Part shown: positions 47,280-58,895 of the stretch, piece by piece
Layout: every line of letters begins with the position of its first letter
How positions within the stretch are numbered: position 1 is the stretch's first letter
Source: Entomortierella parvispora E1425
Taxonomy: Eukaryota; Fungi; Mortierellomycota
NCBI GenBank assembly: GCA_020891255.1
Contig: BQFW01000001.1
Span: forward strand, 682,001-746,000
Direction: 5' to 3'
DNA: 64,000 nt
The notes under the pieces: generated by a model
Seen by the model: the letters and a program-made list of their open reading frames with translations, nothing else
Databases searched by the model: none
What the model was told of the DNA's origin: nothing
Program-made: the position numbers and the translations under genes

Positions 47280-48970
47280 GGTGGGTCGTTGTGAATGGGG
47301 GGAATGGGAGAGAAGGAGTGAGGCGCAGGGATGTGCTGGGAGGAGGAGGAGCGATGCTTCGAGGACTAGATGGGGGCTGGTATATTGATGAAATGTGAGA
47401 GCAGAGAAGAAAGAGAAGGAAGGGGAACGACAAGAGATGATGCTCTCTCCCACAAGTCGCGGTTTTGCGCCCCCTTCTCTTTCTTCGTCCGTCACCGCCG
47501 CACAGCCCCAAGAATTCACCTATGGGGTCAAGATGCTGAGTCCATATCCCCCATGTCCTTCGGAATAGGCTCTTCACCATCCCTTCACATGTTTTACACT
47601 TTTTGTCTCGTTCTCTTTAGTCTATGTGGTATAGCCATCCTTTATAGACGGCACGCTAATGCGAAGAAGAAATGGTGGATGGAATCGGCATTGTCTCATC
47701 ACATATTGGACAAGGAAGAGTGTTTCATGATCATCACCTCGGGATACGAATGTCCAACCCATGGCTTCCACGATGCATCTCACATCAAAGAATGCGCCTC
47801 CCTGCCAGTGAAATGCCGGTTTGTCGCCTTGGAAACCTACAAGCAAGCCCATTATGCCATTTTTGCATGCCAAAAGGGCGCCAGAATTGAAGCCACGAGC
47901 GATAGTTTGGCGCAGGGCCCTTATGAAAAGAAATATTGGAGGCCCTGTACCAATGAAATCCTCCTCCACATATGACACATAAAGGTGCCCTTTTTGTTGG
48001 CAAGACGAGTGATGAAGGAAACCGCCAGCACAACAATAAAGATTTATCTTTAGAGGTTGGCGTGGCCCGAGAGGTTTGAGATCTGACGCCAGATGAGCGC
48101 CCTTCAGAGTTGTTGCGGTCGTGAAATAGACATGACAGTATCGAACGAGTGGCGAGTGAGCGGATGAGTGGCTATATAAGGATGAGGACCGCGATATTGA
48201 CGTGGACGAAGGAGAGCGGAACGTATGTCATGTCGGTATTTCTGAGAGATAATAACAATCTTACATGCCAAGTTCGATCCAAGTTCTTGGTGGCTCGAGA
48301 AGGAGCAGGGGCAGCAGCGCCGATATTACGGCACAGATCATGGCTGTTTTTTGAAGATCGATCTGTGATAACCATCTGCACTTAAATGATTTCACGCGTG
48401 CTTGAAGGTGTTGCTTTTGACTGTCAGATCTACAATCAGCTGTGAAGAGTTGCCACTATGAGGGATCATATCTTGTCATTATTGTTATCCAGTCATTCGA
48501 TATCTAGCGCTGTATTAACAGGTGGCTGTGGTGTAAAGACAACTGGTGGGCAAGGAAGAATGACACTTTTTTGTTTTTTTTTTTTTTTTTTGAATTCGTG
48601 AGAGGAAAGGTCAAGTCGGCCACAACATTGAAGAAAGAGGAAAGTGAATGGATGCAGCAGACGAGTTGAGGGCAAGGGACCCATGCAAAAGAGGACAGAG
48701 CAGGACTCTCAGTCCCAACAGCGAAGTAGAGCGTCTTCTGCGTGCAGCCCACAGGCCAGCATGCCCTAAAAGATAGATGGACCCCTTAAAGATTTCCTTT
48801 TCAGGAGTTAACGAAAGGTTGACATTCGGACTCTGTGAGCATTCATTCATGGCTTGACCTTCATTCCCTCCTTCCTTCAGACATCCAGCCTAGAAGACAC
48901 GTCAGGACTCACCAGTAGATAGACAGTACTCTCGGATCAAAGGAAAAGCACAGAAGTACAACACGCGCCA

Positions 48971-49484
48971 ATGGCTCACCCTCACAAGCACCGCCTCTAC
49001 CGTGGGCACCGAGCAAAATCACTCAACATCACCGAGGAAGAACTGGTGGAAATCAGGGGTAAATATCATGGACTCTTCAACGTCATCCAGAGCTACCAAT
49101 GGATTGCTCTGTATATGCGTCAAGGAAAGGGACTCTTCGCCAAATCTTCCGCATGTCGCTGACCCTTCTGTTGTGCATACTCTTCTCTCTATGCTAGCTC
49201 GAGAACGCACCTTCGATGGCGCTTATTGGCGAACAGCAATGAAGTCCTTCAGCATGGGCATGCTCATCCTCCGACTCTTCACCCGATCTTTCTACAAGGT
49301 CGGCCTCCTCTTTGTCGTATTCGGTATGGCCATGCTCGGGATCGCCTTCCTGCGACGAAAAGCCGCCGGAGATGTCTTTGACCAACGGAAACCCTTTGAA
49401 ACCTCTGGGTTCTGGGTCATGATCACGACGCTGGTCACGACCATTACCTACTTTATCATCTTTGCTCTCATCATGAACCTATAG
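48971..49484 (+). CDS. Small DUF202-like 3-TM membrane protein
   Basis: An intron at 49059-49197 joins ...EEELVEIR to ARERTFDGAYWRTAM, followed by three hydrophobic helices. Confidence 0.82.
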
Positions 49485-49669
49485 GGCATTTGTCATCCTG
49501 TTTGCCGTCGGTCCCACTCTCTCGCTTTGTCATGCCCTGTAGAACTATTCATTTTTATACGTCGTAATATACCCATTCCTTTTTCGCTCAGCTGGACAAA
49601 CACCGTGGGAAAATATCGAGCTTTATGAATGAGATGAGATGATGCTGGATGCTAGGGGGTATAACTAAT

Positions 49670-51348
49670 CTAACGGATAGTGCTCTGAGGGCGCTCTCTC
49701 TCACGAACAAGAATATTTTGTCCGCAGACAAACAACATGTCTTTGCGAAGTGTATTCATTCCTGCTCCAGTGTACGAACTGACCATAAGTAGGCGTTCTG
49801 CGATCGCATGTCTATAAGTCTTTTTCAGCTCCTGTGTGGTTATAGAAAGGAAAGATTATATACACGTTAGTTTCATGTAGTTCTGGTCACTAAAAACATA
49901 GATGCCGTGGATGCCAATGTACCTCCTGGGTCACCATGTAGATTCGCGCGAGGTCTGGAGGAGGCACCAAATCGCACTTTGTGAGAACGACCTGGAATTT
50001 TTTCGATTTGCTACAGGATGATACAACAGAAATCGGGTTAAAGACTGGATTCAGAAAATCGTGAAAACAACAACGTAAAGACGTATTGAGCGGGTACCTG
50101 TCCAACATGGCCAAGAACTCTTTATCGGCAGCCTTCAATCCATGGCGAGCATCAATCATGACATAGATGCGCTTGAGAGTCTTGCGTTGTCCAATGTAGT
50201 CTTCGATCTAATTGAGTGAAAAATAAAAAGTTAGCCCACGTTCACCAACAGTAAGCCAAAGTTATTCCATATGGTGCCTGTTCCCGCCTTACCAGCTCCT
50301 TCCAGTTGGCCTTGTCTGCTTCCTTGGCAAAAGCAAATCCATATCCGGGCATGTCCACGACCACAAACTTGTCACCGCACTTGTAAAAGTTGAGCTGTCT
50401 GGTCAATCCTGGCTTGGAGCTCACGCGAGCCGTATTAGGGGATTCTGTGAGGGTGTTCAACATGGTCGATTTTCCAACATTAGAACGGCCCACGATCGCA
50501 ATCTCCTGCAAAACCGAGTCCCTGATCTTCAATTCCAAGGCTCTCTTCCGATCCTTGAGCTTTTGAATTTCCTCGGCCGACATGGGGATATGTGCTTTGA
50601 TTGCCTTTTGACCTTCCTCGCCTTCAGGGGCCGTTTCTGTTGTCTCTGTTGACTTTGTGCGCGATGCCGGATCTTGATCCTGCAATAGCTTTTCAATCTC
50701 TTCCAGGTCATCAAACAGATCAGGTCGGGTCATCTTCAAGAGAAGCTCTTCCTTAGGGACGCTCTTGGTCGTTCCGGCTCCGGCGACGAACCTCATTCCT
50801 GGGAACTTGACTTGCTCCTTTTCCACGATCTTGGATGTCCTTTGTTCGAACCAGACCTGTTTAGCTGGCAATCTCTTTTCCTTTTGCAACTGCTTGAAAG
50901 CCTCTGGATCCAGTTTTTTGTCCCAGGGTCGAATGGTCTTGTTTCCTCGAGTGGATTTGTCAAAGGACCAAGATTCAGCTTTGGAACCGAGACCTTGGAT
51001 CCGGATCTCGTTCATAAGTTGGGCCGAAGGTGTGATGGATCTGAACTGTTGTCGTTTGGATACAGACTCTGTCGATGATGTGGGGGTGCCCTTGGAGGAG
51101 GTAACTGATGAAGAGGGGAAAGGCTTCTTAGGCGCGGGTGGAGGGGTGACCAAAGGCGTCAATGAGTTGGGCACTGCACCCGCGAGAGGCTTTTCGTTCT
51201 TTGTCAACTGTTTGTGAAAGTACGGGAGCCTTGCAGAGCAGGTTTGGGTGGTGGAAAGGTGACGAGCTCCAGGATAGGTCCTAGCGGCGTTTGTCGGGCA
51301 AGAGGTGATTCCAGCCTTGAGCATGGTGCGGGTGTTGGCGATGCTCAT
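49670..51348 (-). CDS. EngB/YihA-type GTPase (Mrx8/GTPBP8-like), probably mitochondrial
   Basis: G1 EIAIVGRSNVGKSTMLN, G2 KPGLTRQLNF, G3 VDMPGYGFA and G4 VVLTKCD across four exons. The basic, S/T-rich N-terminus looks like a presequence. Confidence 0.92.
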
Positions 51349-51605
51349 TGCGGCGGTGGTAGGGATGGATGGATGCCGTACTGTGTCTGTCCTTATGGTG
51401 CAAGAGAGCGAGAAAGTGAAAAAGGGAACTTTGTATGAAAAAAAGAAGCGATCCGGTGGCTTTGCTCACAAGGGACTGTTGACCGCTCTTTGTCTCTCTG
51501 TCGGTGCTCTGTGTGCTGTGCCTGTCTGTCTGGTGATGGATGCTGGTCCCTTTCTTCATTCATTCATTCATTCACTACCCCACTCTGCTCTACTCGGACC
51601 GACTC

Positions 51606-54185
51606 ATGCCTGCCAGCAAGGATAGCAAGGACAGCCAAGACAGTGGCGACAACAGCGCTTCTGTTCTCGGAAAGCGTGTCCATGACGACTCGACAGATGC
51701 CGACGCTCCTGCCGTCGAATCAGGCACGTCCTCCTACTCCACGTCGACATCACTGCAAACTGCATCTCTGTCCATCTCTTTCCTAACCTTGAACATCACT
51801 GGTTTGGACCATTTTCTCATTCAACAGACTCGGACGATGACATTGGTCCCATGCCAGCCACCGCTGCAGACGAGGCCGCTACCAAGAAGCGCAAAAAGCG
51901 TAAGGATACAAGCCGATCAGACCACAACGCGTCAGAAACTGAGGATCAGCGAGGCATTGATTGTTAACCCTCGGTTGTTTTTATTGTCCATGATAGCCCT
52001 TCCTCATGAGCAGCTTTACATCTCTCGACTTCCCTCAGCCGAGATGTACGAAAAGAGCTATATGCACAGGGATGCCATCAACTTTATTACGGTGACAAAG
52101 TAAATGTTCATGACCGACATCATGGAGGATACAGCTGAATCAACTCTTTTGGATGCTGACCTTAAGAATGCTTATTTTCACTAGGAGTGACTTTGTCATC
52201 ACCACATCAGTCGATGGATACCTCAAATTCTGGAAAAAGACCGACTCGGGAATCGAGTTTGTGAAGCAGTACAAGTCTCATCTTGGTCTTATTGCAGGCA
52301 TTAGCGTATCGGATGATGGACTGCTATTGGCAACAATTGCTATGGACAAGTCGATGAAGGTTTACGATGTCATCAACTTTGGTACGCTATCTCTACTGGC
52401 TCTTTTTCTCCGGCATAGTCGAATTACTCTCAATACTAACATTTTCCCTCATTAGATATGATCAATATGATCAAGTTGGATTTTATCCCTAGTACCGTAT
52501 GCTGGGTTCACAAGCGCGGAGAGGCGCAAGCAAAATTGGCAGTGTACGTTTCGGACCAATCAACTGAGAATGTTCATGGTCTATGATTGATCTTCAAGTG
52601 GCTTACTCTCTACTCTTTCTTTTTCCGCTCTAGTTCTGATGCAGACTCTTCCGCCATTCATGTTTTTGATGGCCGTGGCGACGGAAAGGCATTATTTTCA
52701 ATCACAAAACTCCACAGTGCACCAGTAACGACGATGGCTTTCAATGATCGCTACAACTGTGTTATTTCTGCGGATGAAACAGGAGGATTCGAATACTGGG
52801 TACCAGATGAGGAACACAATGTCCCCAAGACTGTTGGATTTGAATACAAGACTCAAACGGATCTGTACGAATTTAAAAAGTGCCGGTCAACTGCTACCTC
52901 CTTGACCTTTTCCCAGGATTTCGAAAAGTTTGTCACTATGAGCACTAAGGATCGGCAGGTTCGCTTGTGGAAAACAAGAACAGGCAAGATGATCCGGAAA
53001 TACGACGAAAGTTTAGACGTCATTAACGAGATGCAGCAAGTATGAGTATTTTCAGACCCTGATAGGGAACGAGGATGTTGATATTATCTGCCGGGGTAGT
53101 TCTAACACGTCCTTTTTCAAAAAAAAAAAACAATAGACGGGACAAAAGATGTACAAATTGGACGACATGGAGTTTGGAAGACGTCTTGCAGGAGAGCGTG
53201 TTCTGATGAAGTCGACTCAGCAGAGCTGCCTCAACGCTGTTTTTGATGAGAGTGGTCATTTTTTGATCTACCCTACCATTTTTGGTATTAAGGTCGTCAA
53301 CACACATTCCAACAAGGTTGTCAAACTCATCGGAAAGTCAGAGCCACAACGGTTTATGAACATTGCTCTCTACCAAGGAGCACCAAAGAAAAAGAGCATG
53401 ATCACCATGGTATGTGATTGCCATGGTATCTGGTTTCAGGGCGAGGACTTGCGCGTTCGCAACATTCAGCTAACCTTTCCTTTCATTTTATGTACTAGGC
53501 TATGGCGGCTTCCGACAATGCTGTCATCAAAGAGTCTGAGCTTCGGGATCCCACATTGTTCTGCACCGCACACACCCGCAACCGATTTTATATGTTCACA
53601 GAACGTGAACCCGATCATGGAGCATCCTCTCACAAGGGTGACCGTGATGTATTTAACGAAAAGCCCTCTCGCGAGGAACAAACTATCGCAACAGCCCAGC
53701 ACACAAAGACTAAACTCGGAACAACTGCAATTTTGCGCACGACCATGGGCGATATTCAACTCAAACTGTTCCCAGAGTTGGTGCCCAAGACCGTGGAGAA
53801 CTTTGTGACACATGCGAGAAACGGCTATTACGACAATGTAATTTTCCATCGTATCATCAAGGCATTCATGTTGCAGACAGGAGATCCTTTGGGCGACGGT
53901 ACAGGAGGCACTTCTATTTGGGGCAGCGAATTCGAGGACGAGTTCCATCCAGATTTGAAGCACGACCGACCCTACACTCTATCCATGGCGAATGCAGGAA
54001 AGAACACGAACGGATCCCAGTTCTTCATCACGACAGTCCCTACACCTTGGTTGGATAACAAGCACACGGTTTTTGGAAGGGCGGTGACTGGAATGGACGT
54101 TATCCACAATATTGAAAACCTGAAGACTGACAAGACGGACAAGCCTTACGAGGAGGTCAAGATTCTGAACATTGAAATTCGCTGA
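51606..54185 (+). CDS. PPWD1: WD40 + cyclophilin spliceosomal PPIase (PPWD1/Cyp71-like)
   Basis: [41 protein letters not shown], and the cyclophilin domain [49 protein letters not shown]. About eight exons. Confidence 0.96.
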
Positions 54186-54702
54186 GTACTTTTTTTTTTC
54201 TTTCTCCAAGCGAGCGATGGATTGTTGAATAAAAGCACTCCTACGCCCTGCGTGATACTAAAGTGGTGGCGTCTAAGATGGATGTAGTACTGATATGTCG
54301 CTATCTTCAGGAGCGGCGCGAACATGCTTCCCCTCTTTTCCCTCTCGTTCTCTCCTTCCCTCCCTGCCGAGCCTCGTTACGATAACCTTCCTTGGGGTGA
54401 GAGATGATAGGACTCCATTCCTTTGGCCTTTTGGTCCTTTGGCTTGACAAAGTCCCCACGCTCACTCGCGTTGTACAGTCCGCGGATGTGGACTGTACCA
54501 CTTTTGTGCCTGTGCCCACAGTGCAGTGCAGTGGACAAACAACAGCCCATAAAAAAACTGTGCTCTTTCGCAGCCCCATTGCGCCCACGTTTTCACTCTA
54601 TTTGAGTCGACCATTTCCTCACTCTTCTGGCGCGATATGTCCCACAGCAACGCTTCTTTCTTCCTTACGACTCTTCTCATCCACCCCCCCAGTTCTTACT
54701 CA

Positions 54703-55348
54703 ATGACAGAGGCAACCATCAAGCACTGTATCGCTCAGCAGTGGCCTCGAGTTGTTGTGGGCCTCTTTGCTTTTTGGCATCTTTACAAGGGACTCGATGC
54801 CTTCCAAGTCGGTCTGCCTTTTGGCGACGTAAAGAGTCTTTTGCATGGTAAGTACGCCTGGTCAACACTTGCTGAGGTGGGTCCAAATACTTTCTTTACC
54901 CACCAGCACTCTTTCTACACTTTCTGTCACTCTTTTTAATCTTGAACCCAAACCGTTAACCCCTCTCCCACCAATTGGCAAAAACTGGATTCGAATCGAA
55001 AAAAAAGAGGAGCGTGTTTCCTACAGGACTTTCTTCATCCGATGTATTGTCTATGTTGTGGATAACAGCATCCGACTTAATGCCCCGCTCCGAAAATCGG
55101 TCTGGGCCACCAGGACCTCCTTGGGATTGTGGGGATCCGAAATCGGGAAGCTCATCCCCATTTTCCTAATGGGCCTGTTAACCAGTCTCGGTCTGTCAGA
55201 CAAGGACCTCGGTGGACAGTTGTCGACTAGGGATTGGATTCAACTCGCCTTGCATTTTGCTTTGTGCATCTTTCATGCCTGGGCCTTGATTGTCTACTCG
55301 TGGGATCTGCTGCATCAACGGCGCAATTACTGGGGTCGGCCACTCTGA
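54703..55348 (+). CDS. Unrecognised 4-TM membrane protein, paralog A
   Basis: Exon 1 MTEATIKHCIAQQWPRVVVGLFAFWHLYKG, phase-1 intron 54848-55007, exon 2 ...RLNAPLRKSVWATRTSLGLW...FHAWALIVYSWDLLHQRRNYWGR. Clearly paralogous to 57051-57803. Confidence 0.75.
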
Positions 55349-56637
55349 ATGCGCGATCTTGTAGGGCAGCTCAGTCTGTTTAACGAAAGAGAATCTATAT
55401 GTCAGGTTGGGAATACCGCTGTGAAATAAAACAAGACTTCTCTGCTGCATCTACTTTGCTACCGCGGACAACAAGTAGACTAACTAGTCGTCGAAGTGTA
55501 GTTCCAGGTTGAAGCTCGACGCGTCTCCTGGCCCTACCTCTCGGTCATAGCAGAAGGATCAACGGAGGGATCGCACAAAAGACATGTCCCTCTCTCCAAA
55601 CTGAGGGGGTGAACGAAAAAAAGAGCGCGCCATGGTCACGGGACTGATGATGTGTACAACGGACAAAAGGCTGCGCCCGTTTTTTTTTCGTTTCTCTCCT
55701 TTCTTCTCTACCTCCTTTCTTCTCTACCCTAGACTACCTCCGCGGCTCTTCGACGACAAGCCACATCTTCCACATGCCGTCAACTTCAAGGCAAAGACTT
55801 GGGTCCCATGTTTGCTTGTTTTGCTTTGCTCGTTTTGCTCGTTTTTTTTTTTTGCTTTTTTGCTTTTTTGCTCTGTTGTTTGGCCCAAGCCTGAGCAACC
55901 CCTCTCGCCAGTTCCAGCACCTTCGCTCCTCCCTCCCCAGCTTTCGGACCGAGAATCCCAGAGGTTTGCCGCCCGACATGAAAGCGAGGTGGTCGTTAGC
56001 CGTAAGTCCTTGACGGCGGGTCTATCGCATCAGCGCGATGTAATAAATGCTGGTAATCCCGTGGAAGTGTCTTTAGTCGGAAGACCGGGCGGTATATGAA
56101 CCGGCGCGAAAATCTGAAAGCTGTAAGATGCTCTGCTGCAAAGGGTTAGCCAGGTAAAGTATAAGGTAGGCGGGGTGCGATGGCCTGCCGCCTGCTCGTT
56201 GGCGCGCCCTGCACAGCTTTTTTCTTCCCGATGTAGGAGAACAAGCTGACTGAGAGCAGGCCATAGATAGACTTGCACTTCTGTTGTTTCCTTTCAGATA
56301 AACCTCTGGTCAAAGAAAAAAACTTTTAATCCATCTGTTGAAAACCTCTCGCTCACACACTCATTCGCTCAGGTTTTTGAGGAATATAGTGGCGCGTTGG
56401 ATATTACAGTCTTCTTAGGATCTGGAGGAACCTTTTCAACTCAATCATCAAGATGAGCGACTGTTGTCACCAATAGGGCATTGCGGCTTCGACATGGCAT
56501 GGCCTGGATGTTGGATCGAGGATACGCTGAGTACAAAAATCAAGGGGTGCCCTCCGGGAATGGGTTCCATTCTTCACCTTCATTAATGGTAGGTTCGTGG
56601 ACACAGCGAATGCGAATGATTTGATGAGAGCGAAACG

Positions 56638-56748
56638 ACGGAAGACAGTTCCGAGGCCAACTCTCTTCTACCAACAAAACGGAAGACAGTTCCGAGGCCA
56701 ACTCTCTCTCCTACCAACAAAACGGAAGACAGTTCCGATGTGAACTCT
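56638..56748. repeat. Tandem repeat, ~41-43-nt unit x ~2.7, each unit with the palindrome CGGAA-gacag-TTCCG
   Basis: acggaagacagttccga begins at 56638, 56679 and 56722. Confidence 0.92.
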
Positions 56749-57050
56749 CGAATGTTGCACACAAGGTCTCCTTTTCTTTGACCTTCTGACTTGGCACAAG
56801 ACCCGGAATTGCCTGACTTGCAAGTACAGTTTGCGCATTGACACACTTCACCCAATGGGCAAACAACTGCTCACTAGAATCCTCCCCGTTGCTTTTTGTC
56901 GACTTTACCCATTGCCACCCCATTTTTTTCTTGCCCTTATTTATACCCTTCAATTAATCACTCTGTCTCTTTTCGCGCGACATATCCTAACCACCACAGC
57001 CCCCCTCTCTTTCCCTTCCTCTTCTTCTTCTGCCACTTATTCTTTTTCTA

Positions 57051-57803
57051 ATGACAACTGCAACCATCAAGTATCGTGTTGCTCAACACTGGCCTCGGGT
57101 GACTATCGGCCTGTTCGCCCTGGGAGACCTCTACCGTGGAATCGGCCTCCTCTGGCTTGGTTTACATTTTGGTGACACCCTCCAGGACTTCTTTATGAAG
57201 GGTGAGTTATCCTCCTCTACTCTCGCAGACTCACTCGTACTTCCTCAGCACTCTCCTGGTGCTAATGTTTTTTTTCCCCAGCTACTAACGCTTTTCACTG
57301 CTGCCTTATCACATCCTCCATCTCCCATCATCAATGTAACCGAAACTACAAAAAAAAAAAAAAAAGTTCTTGACGAGCCTGAGCATGAGCCTGAGCACGA
57401 GCCTTCAGAACAAGAGCGATTCTTCAAAAGGAACATCATCATCTTCGCCATTTTCGCGATCTTCTTCAGCAGCATTAAGCTCTATGCCCCAGTTAGAAAG
57501 TCGGTCGTCGCCACAAAGATCTCGTTGGGACTCTGGCTCCTTGAGATTGCTGTGTTCCTGTTCAGTACTTTCGGGGTCCTGATTGCCCTCTACAACAAGG
57601 CAGACAATGATGAAGGCAAGCCCGTTTCGGCCTTGAATGCAATTCACGCAGTCCTAGACCTTGCTTTGAGCCTCTTCAATGGTTGGGCCTTGTTAGTCTT
57701 CTTGAGAGATCTGAAGCATCGACAGCGCGATGCCTGGGGTCGACTTGTCAGGACGGGAGGCATTCTTGAATACGATTCCGTTCCTGGAGAGCTCAGTCTT
57801 TAA
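57051..57803 (+). CDS. Unrecognised 4-TM membrane protein, paralog B
   Basis: MTTATIKYRVAQHWPRVTIGLFALGDLYRG. Phase-1 intron 57202-57366 (GTGAGT, TACTAAC branch site, AAG acceptor). Then ...KLYAPVRKSVVATKISLGLW...LFNGWALLVFLRDLKHRQRDAWGR. Confidence 0.82.
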   Translation: MTTATIKYRVAQHWPRVTIGLFALGDLYRGIGLLWLGLHFGDTLQDFFMKGELSSSTLADSLVLPQHSPGANVFFPQLLTLFTAALSHPPSPIINVTETTKKKKKVLDEPEHEPEHEPSEQERFFKRNIIIFAIFAIFFSSIKLYAPVRKSVVATKISLGLWLLEIAVFLFSTFGVLIALYNKADNDEGKPVSALNAIHAVLDLALSLFNGWALLVFLRDLKHRQRDAWGRLVRTGGILEYDSVPGELSL

Positions 57804-58895
57804 AAGAAGAAAAAAAGATATCCGGATAAGCTTGCTTCCCTGACTGTCTGCCCACAGCCGTGCAGCTCGTCTTAATAAATTGATATACTTGAATCCGACA
57901 CGGTGAAGTGAGTGCTTCGCAATGATTCAAAAAGCAAACACAGAAGTTAACCGTGATGTAGGCACCTTATGTGAGGGCGAGGTACGTTTGATCTCCTGTT
58001 CTTGGAACTTTTGGCGTGGCTAGTGCGGCGTGTTCCTTCGCCTGCATAGCACCCATCTGCCACCTGCTTGGTCAATGCACAAACAACAGCCCACGAAAAA
58101 AATGTCGCCAAGGTTTTCAACTTCCCCAGGCGCTCATTGTCTCTCTCTTCTTTCGCGCAACGGATTCTTACAAGTTACGTCGTCGTATTGTGGAAGGACT
58201 TGCTCTACCAACACTTTTGAAAAGGCCATACGCTTGCGAGCCTTGAGATATCGAGATCCACGGATTTGTTCAAGAAGTTCCCCATATGACTTCGCAAGCA
58301 GTGGAAATAGTGCCCACCCATTTAGGAGGGTCTGTTCTTCGAAATCTTCCACTATCTCTACTATCCGCTTCTCACAGAGTCGGATGAAACGCTGTCTTTT
58401 TGTCCTTCATATTCTAAGAGGCGGCATCAAGGGAGGAAGGGAAAGTAGTAATGAAGAGAAAAATAAAAAACGTCGTGCAAAAACAATCCAGTGCAAAAGA
58501 AAAAATGTCTTTCTACCCTTGTAACGTGGGTGGCCAATTGAGTGTCGTGCAATTTTGCACTTTACACGCTGTTGAATATGGCTCAGAACCATGTCCAATT
58601 CAAGCTCAGATATTGCAGTTTGTACGACCGCAAGTATGAATTACATGGCGGTGGCGCAGAAATGTCAACAAAAATATAAAAAGTCGAGAGCGTGGTCTTT
58701 CTCCTTTCTTCTCTCAACAACCACTTTCATTCTCATCGCCCTTCATCGCAGATTGTGTTGCCGCTCTCTCATCACTCTTATCGTCATCACCACTCAGCTC
58801 TTGCTCATCATCGCTTGACCTCGTTCCCAGTGTCTGAGCCTTTCTTCCCCCTTCCCCTGGAAAGATGTCGCTGTCACCATTTCTATTTTTTTAAA

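Noticed and set aside
56638-56748. Mini-CRISPR
   Set aside because: The intervening sequences are near-identical rather than unique spacers, and there are no cas genes.
58270-58340. LLNGWAL as a fourth, inverted member of the 4-TM family
   Set aside because: Only five residues match, the flanks are hydrophilic and none of the other family motifs is present.
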